Below are positions 56,131 to 64,000 of a stretch of 64,000 nucleotides of DNA, one piece after another. Numbering within the stretch: the first letter of the stretch is position 1; each line of letters opens with the position of its first letter. The DNA is from Tubiluchus corallicola. Taxonomy: Eukaryota; Animalia; Priapulida. The stretch covers positions 1 to 64,000 of the forward strand of contig JAQGDQ010000552.1 in NCBI GenBank assembly GCA_030141605.1, in the 5' to 3' direction. The notes under the pieces are model-generated. The model had not been told where the DNA came from. It worked only from the letters and a program-made list of their open reading frames with translations, and ran no database searches. The position numbers were made by a program, and so were the translations under genes.

Positions 56131-57052
56131 CATATAGGTTAATACATTTGCACAGTCTGAGCACTTACTGAGTATGCTCGAAGAGGAGTTGTCCATCATC
56201 ACATCGCTGAAATTGTTATCTGCACAAAAAAGTTGATGTGCGCATCTCGTCCTGGCATTAGTCACGCTAGTGTACATAGTTAATATTACAATGGCCACAA
56301 ATTTTGTAATTGGGGTATTTTTGCTTAATTTTTCCACAGAAAAGGTAGGAAGATTCCCTACATAACAGCAGAAGCAAAAGGAACACTTGTACAGCACCTT
56401 AAAGCTTAACTGGACCCAGTCTTAAACTGTAGGTCAAAACATTCTACTCTTTAAGATATTGAAAGGAAACACACTATTTTTTCAAAAAATGATTTACGTG
56501 AAGAATTATTACCACGCAAACACAATTTCACGTTCGTGCCACTAGTTCTTTGCTGTTACATGCATTTCACCATTCACCAATTAGATGGGAAGTATCACCT
56601 ACATTTCAAAAATGCATTGTACAAAAGCAGGTGCTGTACCTCTCAGGTCAGAGGTGTTGGTTTTTAACCAACTACACACATTTGACAGCACATGCGTGAG
56701 TATAGCAGTAAATTTGAAATTTGAATTTTTATCTTAAAACTTGCCTAGTTTTAGTACAACACACTGAATATCTTACAGTAGCACTGTACTTCAATTTTCG
56801 CTTTCACAAGCACATGCAACATGCTCGTGGAATGTTTTTGCTGTTGAAAATTATGTTAGTTTGTGATGTCATCACTAGCTGACCTTGCCCGTCATTAATT
56901 AAGTTTGTGTTTTGACGAGAAATTCTGTAAACGAATATCGCTAAATATGCATGGCGTTCTTAATGTAGTTAGTTGGGTTACAACTGGAACCTAGAATCAT
57001 CACTTCCAGATGAAACTAGAATTGCAATCGGACACGTGTAATAGGCCTAAAT

Positions 57053-57521
57053 TAGGGGTGTGCGAATTATCTGACTAGCCGGGCCACATTAAACTTTCCC
57101 GCAATTCCTGCGGGCCACGAGGAGCCAAGTACAGACAGGCCTAATAACGATTTTTTTGCATCCGACCTGCGTACATCATTACGACTACACTCAAGAAACT
57201 ATTTTAGAAGTTATTAAAATTTATATTACAAACCATATATTTCTTCTTTCAGGACAGATAGTGGTAATTTCATTACAATGCATATTAGTAATGTGTATCA
57301 CACAGTCTGTGTAGTACAGTGTTATTAAGCTACAACCATCTTGTAAGGGTTAATGGCTTCCGATCTAGTAGAAAAAACTACCCGCACTATCTTTGGTATC
57401 GTGGCACGGACTTCAGCTGGATACACTCAATTAATCGCCCGGGCCACACTTTCATTAGGTTGACAAATCTCTTCGCGGGCCGCACAAATTCTCTTGGCAG
57501 GCCGCAATTTGCACACCCCTG
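57053..57521. mobile_element. hAT-like MITE
   Basis: TIR TAGGGGTGTGC / GCACACCCCTG, 8-bp TSD GCCTAAAT, GCGGGCC subterminal motifs. Confidence 0.85.
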
Positions 57522-58094
57522 GCCTAAATTATTGGTTAATAAGAAAAGTGGCTGAAGAAGTCATTTAGATGGCTCCTTCTTAATAGCCATCTATTTATTG
57601 ACGAACGAAGTTTGATATTGCTTAACCTCGATCATTAATCTTGCACTGTCGGCACTTGGCCGTTCGTCTCCCCCCTCCCCTTGAATTAGCTCATATTTTT
57701 TAGGCCAGGTGTACATTGCGGGATGTGAATTATCTAAATGGAACTCGCGACAAACAGCCGTTAAGCATGAATTCGGTTTGGTTCCACCATGTTGGTCCTT
57801 GTTTTTGGTTGCACTCTGTCTCAACGTAACAAACGCCGTTTAAAGCCAAGTAACTTGAGATTACCCCCTGCTCATGCCTGCTGCCAGGTTTTGAAAACTT
57901 TTCATTTTTGTTGAAGACTCATTGTCGACAAATGTTGCAAGCTTGATTTCAGAGCGCTCCCCACAATGTTTCTTTCTCCTGTTTTTGAAAATATCCGGTG
58001 TTTATTTTCCTAATTGACGAACACAGACAAATGAGTTCAGAATTAGTGTACATAGTTAAAGCCCAAGAAAACACTCTTGATAAATAAGGCTTAA

Positions 58095-58757
58095 AGGACA
58101 AGAAAAGTGGCACCTGAAGTAGGTTTCAGAAAAATCGCCTTAAAAATTATATTACTTTATAGCAATTTTGTGCGTATATCTTACTCGCACTGAAAGGAAT
58201 TTTAGTTTGTTTTCATTTTAAATCTCCCGCAATACTGTTCTGAAGTCGCCATTACATGACGTCATGTACCAAACCTAAATCAAGGGAAGAAACGGCAATG
58301 TTAAATTATTTCTCAAAAGACTTTCCGTGCAAATCTATATTACTTAGATTTTCGCTTACCTGCTAGAGAGACTTATGTAACTAGAAAAGAAAATTATTAA
58401 TTATTTAAAATGTTTTCACCAATTGGTGAAATGTCGCTGACTCACCCGCCAAGGTGCACCACTCACTAACCAAAAACGTATTTTTAATCTTATTGACAAG
58501 ATACAGTAATTTTAAATTTTATTTAGTGACTTGTGTCCTACGTATGCTCTGATTATTTCTTCAAACTTTACAAAATGTTATCTAAACTTGTTTCAAATTA
58601 CTTGTCGTGAAACTGGTCTTCGCGGGAGTTTAAATTTACATGTTTTATACAGGGTTACTGCCGATTGAAGTCCTGCATGCAAAAGGCAGTATGTAAGTGA
58701 TATAAAATTTCAAAACAAATTTTTCAAGATTCATGTTTATGAAGGGTTTTCTTTGCT
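58095..58757 (+). mobile_element. Kolobok-like MITE, family 2, full length
   Basis: TTAA flanks, AGGACAAGAAAA...TTTTCTTTGCT; bracketed by a 39-bp direct repeat. Confidence 0.8.
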
Positions 58758-60523
58758 TTAAAGCCCAAGAAAACACTCTTGATAAATAAGGCTTAAAAAT
58801 TCGTCTTGAAATTTTTGTATCGCCTACAATGCTGTCTGGTCGCCTGTACAGAGCTTGCATTAACTGTGACGCTACACAAAAACCTGTAAGCGTTTCCCTT
58901 GTACTGTTCAGAAGAAGAGAAGACGTGTTTACGATTAAAATACCTGTGGTAACTGGGTGGTGGCAACAACTGTGCTTGAAAAGCTTTTGGCAATTTAACA
59001 GTTTAATCTGTGCACCCCTGCTGAGTTTCGGCGATTTTGAGAGATGAAAAGAAAATTGCACGATTTAATACGGAACACCGCACACAATCATTGCTTGTAC
59101 TTACATAAGAAGATTTATTATGTGTATAAGAAAAATTATACACATCATCTTAGTCTCTAAGAAGATTAATAAATTTCCAATAATAATGTCATTTTTGTAA
59201 AGAGACTCAAAAGACAGTGTGCTATTGTTTTGTGTCCTTGAGAATTTCATAAAAAGAAATACGTTCATCAGGCACTTTTTTGCATTTTTATTGATATTTT
59301 TTCAGTAGGTGATAATTATCCAATCATGTTCGAGTGCAGAAACTTGCACAACGATCTTGTCTTAAAAGATTAAATTTTATCAGCACCGATGCGTTTGTGT
59401 GAAAACTCGTAATCTAGATTACGGGTTTTTCTCTCCCGTCTTCGAGCTTTTTGAGTAATTTGTGAGAATTTTCTTGCGTGTTGGAATTGTATGCCTCGGG
59501 CCGTTTCACATTCTAGTGCTAGATTTGTCTAATTCCAGTCCACTGGGGCCTTGACGATGGAACTGCTCACTCACGTGGTGTTAGTGTGACAAAAAACGAC
59601 TATCTCTGTCTTTCTTTGCAACGTACAGTTAAGCAAAGTAGTAAGTGCGTCTTAAATAAAGGATTTTAAAAGCTTTTTTAATTTATTATGATTTACTGTA
59701 ATGATTGTTTCCAGTGCTGCCATCTAGAGCTGCCCTCCGCAATCATGTTTGGCTTGTCAGTGTTCGGCAGTTTCACGTCGCATTTCCATTAGTGGTTATT
59801 TTAACGGTTACTGTGCTGCTGAGTGGTGATTTTCCGTTGTTTCCTCGATCGCTTCCTTCTTTATGACGTCCGGGGTTAAAAAGCTAACAAATGAAAGTGT
59901 TACGATGTCGTCGTGACCTCGGTTGAGTTTGTGAGTTCACATCTCTGTCTGTTACAATCATTTTTTTGTCTATTAGATGTACGTTCTTGTGGTAACTTTT
60001 GCTGAAAAACAATTTTTTTATAAGGTGCAAACTCACTTTCTATAATGTCCAATAATGAACATGCTTCTTATGTTACAGGCAACACAATCAGCAAAATGGA
60101 CATAATGTTTTCACTCAGAAACAATTGTGAGGTATTTTCAATGAGTTGCTTAGTAGTTCATAAATTTGTCGTGGTTCTTGGTTTTGATTTTTGTTTTTTT
60201 TTGCTGTTGTTGTATTTTTGTTTTTGTATTTCTGCACGTTTATGTATTTTTTAATATAATTGTGTCTGCTGTCATTAGCGTCTTTTTGTTTACTGTCCTT
60301 TGAGAAGGGTGGTTGACTCGATAACCTTTGGTTTTTCGCCACCCTTTCTCCCATGTTCGTTTGTATTTTTGTGCATTTTATTGTCAAATCATTGTAAATT
60401 TATGGAGGAGAATCAAATGACTATTACTATTACTGTTTTGTCGTGCAGTGCCGTCAGAATGAACGAATATAAGCTTGCTTTCTCACCACTAATTATTCTG
60501 AATCTTAAGGTACTATCGTCCGT

Positions 60524-60880
60524 TAGGGGTGAGCATTCTCTACCAGAAAGCGAATTCGAATCGAACCGAACTTCAGTGTTTCGAATTCGAATTGAGATCG
60601 AAAGATTTTCGAACAAGTTTTCGAACCACCAGTAAAAATTAGTCTTACAAAGATCATGCATATCACTAGATTTTGTTCTGCAATCAAAACGACTAGTAAT
60701 TTCTTTAAAATTGTGTGCAGAAATCACAGCTAAATTATGCTAATTGCATGATGTTTCAATCGTTTTAGTGATAAAGAACATTATGTGATTGAAGTGCTGA
60801 ATTATTCGAATCTATAGTTTTGGATTCGAATCGAGTTCGAACTAAAAAAATTCGATTCGAACGTTCGATGCTCACCCCTA
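60524..60880. mobile_element. hAT-like MITE with TTCGAA arrays
   Basis: TIR TAGGGGTGAGCAT / ATGCTCACCCCTA and a perfect 8-bp TSD TCGTCCGT. Confidence 0.88.
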
Positions 60881-61233
60881 TCGTCCGTGCATATTTTATG
60901 ATTATTAGATTGTAATAATTGCTAATTAGCTTTCGTATTGGAACAGCTGGAGAGAATTGAAATGTCATGACTCACTTTGATGTGACTTTTAACGTTATTA
61001 GAATTTTTTGAACTTGCATCTTTCTATTGTCCTTCGAATTTGTCGTTGTGACATTCAAGTCCTAATGAAATTCAGGTGATGAAGGACTTTCAAGGTCAGT
61101 GCGAAGAAGCCAAGGTGCCTAAATTGTCGGTCAACTCGTTATAAATGTGAATTTATAGCTGTAAATTTATGTGGATAAATTTATTATACAATAATCAGTA
61201 AAAGCTGGAAGTCCTTTCTGTATTACACCTTAA

Positions 61234-61775
61234 AGGAAAACTGGACGATTGTTTAGACTCAATTTCATTTTAATTTACTTTCCAAAATATATATTTTCTT
61301 GCCTATAAAAGTTAGTAATTGTTCCATATATTTGAATAATTAGCTTAGAAAGTTAATTAAAGGCAACCGAACACAGCTATTGCTTACGTCAGAAACTAAC
61401 CACAGTTTGTGCAATGGCAGGCATCTTCCCTTGGGCATCGAACACGTTAGCGTAAGTGTTACAGCTTAAACGCATGATGTCATGAAAACGGGCTCTATGT
61501 CACATGACGTCAGAAACTAGCACTGCAGTTCATGATTATGGTTATCATGCTGCCGACTTCTATTTGTTGGCCATGGGTATGTGTCAAAAAAGCGCCGTTG
61601 CCAATCTTAGTAGATTCAGTGAGCTGGGCGTAGCTTTGAAAGTTTATTAAAATTTAAATATCGGGGGTAATTGTTATTTAATCTAAGCTTTGATTTAGAA
61701 AAGTTGTTGTTGTTTTCAATACTTTAGAGCATTGTTTAGTCTGAAGTAATGTTTACACAATCATCCGGTTTTCCT
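61234..61775. mobile_element. Kolobok-like MITE, family 1
   Basis: TTAA flanks; colinear with 6156-6684. Confidence 0.8.
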
Positions 61776-63784
61776 TTAACATTGAAAGATCGCGGACGTG
61801 TACGTGTTTGTGAAGAGCACCTAAATGTTGTAGCATACCAACAGCTGTATTCGTAAAAAGTTAAGCTTCTAGGTTATCCATATCCAATGTTAAGGCTAGA
61901 GGTAGATTCATGGATCACCTGTAGTGCCTGTTCTCTACTGGTTGAATTTAGTGTGAGTTTGGTACAATGAATTTATTATGATTCATGTTCTAAATTTCTT
62001 TTGAATTCATTATTGAGTTAGATGCTACAGTTTTGCTTTCAGTTAGATGCTACAGATGCTACAGTAATTATGCTAAATTAAATTTCAGTTGCCATTGTTA
62101 TTATGTTCCTGTTGTCAGATTTTTATTTCAGTTATTTTCAGTTTGATTTTTTTTTTATTATGCACTTATTATTACTGTTTATGAATTGTACTAACACATT
62201 ATAAGCATATCAATTTAATGTCATTCGCAACAATTAAATTTTTATTATAAGCAGTACTAACACTAATACACTGTAGCATAGCGCCTATAAAAAATGTTCA
62301 TCACTAACCAAAGGGCAGCTGACTAGATGACCAATTGGTCTTTCGCTGCCCTTTCTTCACATTTTTGTTACCAAATTAATTGTATTACAACTGTGCGTGT
62401 GTTAAAAGATAAATAAAAGATTATTATTATTATAATTATTATTATTGCTGCTTAAATCATTGCAGCTGTTGACAGCTCGGCTGCTGAAGGCGTTCTTCCC
62501 TACATCCAGTCTGGTTCTGAGTTTGTAGAATTTACAAGTACGACCTCCTCTAGTAATTGCTGAATTGCTCAAGGTAGAAGGAATCCTCGTTCAAAACGTC
62601 AATTTCATTGATAATTCTAAAAACCTCAATCATGTCACTTCATTGGCGTCTGTATTGTAAAGATGGAATGGTTCATTTTCTTAGTCTTTCTGTCTAATTC
62701 AAGTCACTAAATGATGGAACCAGCTTGGTAGCCCTTCGTTGCACATTTTCTATGAGTTGAGCATCTCCTATAAACTTTGCTTCCCAAACAACATTTGCAT
62801 ATTCTACCTGTGGTTTAATAAAAGTTTTGTTTATCTGAACAATCATTTCACTGCTTATGTATGTAATTCAATTCAACTCAACTTTATTCTCTCAACAGCA
62901 GTTAAAATTCATCGTAATTATTTTTGCATTTCATTGCAGCTGAGAAGGAGCAGCGAAAGACCTATTGGTCACTTGGTCAGCTGCCCCTTATGAAAAATAC
63001 AAGTTTACACACAGGCTCATGACATTTTTAGGTGTTTTTGCTTATATAAAAGGCAAAAGCAACAAAAATCAACTCAAAGCAGAAATGCAATTCAAAGCAT
63101 AACAAGGAATAACATCAATAACATCTAAGGTTAAGTGTACCAGACAATGCCTAGTATCGACTAGCTAGAACCTTACCTAGTTCATTTTTTCTTGTTTCCA
63201 AGCAAGATCTTGCTAGTAAATCACTCTACGCACAGAGTATTGCATAGTTAAGTAAAGTCCACCTAAAACAACTGAAGTTACTTAACTGATGCAGCAGACG
63301 CTTTGCTTTACACACATGTCTCAGTTTAAATCATTTTAAGATAAGCAAATAAAATTCATAACATATATCTAAAGTTACTCTATATTTCTTATGCAAACAT
63401 TAATTACGATTTGTTTGAGTTTAGTGTGTACTTTCCTTTACCTGCAGTCGATGTTTTACATGTTTGCCGTTCTCTTTCTCTACTTCTACTTTGTGTTGGT
63501 AGTTTTCTTTATACAAACATGCACTGTTTATATGTCTGGCAGGATTATCCTACATTTTATTAGACATTATAATTACGTATAAACCTGATAAATGTGGAGG
63601 TTTTTGTCCCATGAAATTCTGTGCACGACTGTAATTGAGTAACTACATCGGGCTGCCAAGTTTTAATGTTTCAAAAGTTGAATGATTTTTCTAGAGATTT
63701 AGTAGATGTCTGTCATATATGAAGGTTTATGTATGTGTTTTGACGGTTCCATGCCGAAAATTCTTTGTACTAATACGTGTTTTG

Positions 63785-64000
63785 TGTCTGTGCATGCGTG
63801 TGTGTGTGTGTCTGCGTGTGTGCCGGCATGTATGTGTGTGTGTGTGTGTGTGTGTGCATGCGTGCATGTGTCTGTGTCTGAATGTGTGTGTGTGTGCGTG
63901 CGTGCCTGCATGTGTGTGTGTGCATGCGTGCATGTGTATGTGTGTGTATCTGCATGTGTATGTGTGTGTGCGCGTGTGCATGCGTGCCTGCATGTGTGTG
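63785..64000. repeat. (TG)n/(CATG) compound microsatellite
   Basis: Directly visible. Confidence 0.95.

Noticed and set aside
59700-61110. Possible promoter and first exons of a further + strand gene (CpG-richer 59820-59930; ATGAAGGACTTTCAAG|gtcagt near 61079)
   Set aside because: Too short, with no recognisable peptide; cannot be supported.
62313-62351. Stem-loop family read as hammerhead ribozymes
   Set aside because: The CTGA and CGAAA half-motifs lie on opposite strands, so hammerhead topology cannot form.

Overview
AT-rich, repeat-dense eukaryotic DNA from an invertebrate animal (spliceosomal GT-AG introns, metazoan orthologues; the taxon cannot be fixed from this window). There are five recognisable housekeeping genes: SCLY (+, single coding exon), POLK (+, 11 coding exons, about 772 aa), IDH3A (-, 2 exons, 366 aa), IGHMBP2 (+, single coding exon, head-to-head with IDH3A) and MIOS (-, single coding exon). 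The window opens inside an inverted duplication with arms of at least 2.2 kb (1-2258 and 3960-6208), whose loop holds an orphan 117-nt in-frame coiled-coil exon. Intergenic and intronic DNA carries Kolobok-, piggyBac-, hAT-, Tc/mariner- and Helentron-like non-autonomous elements, tRNA- and 5S-derived SINEs, RTE fragments, a Penelope-type hammerhead motif, a 56-bp satellite, several TE-derived tandem arrays and long microsatellites. The most notable observations are the exon-enclosing palindrome with mosaic divergence, the cluster of nearly intron-free versions of normally intron-rich genes, a covarying RNA stem-loop present in at least 5 copies, and a 5S-headed SINE whose body matches an RTE-like 5' region. 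All alignments were done by eye, and human exon comparisons are from memory and need checking.
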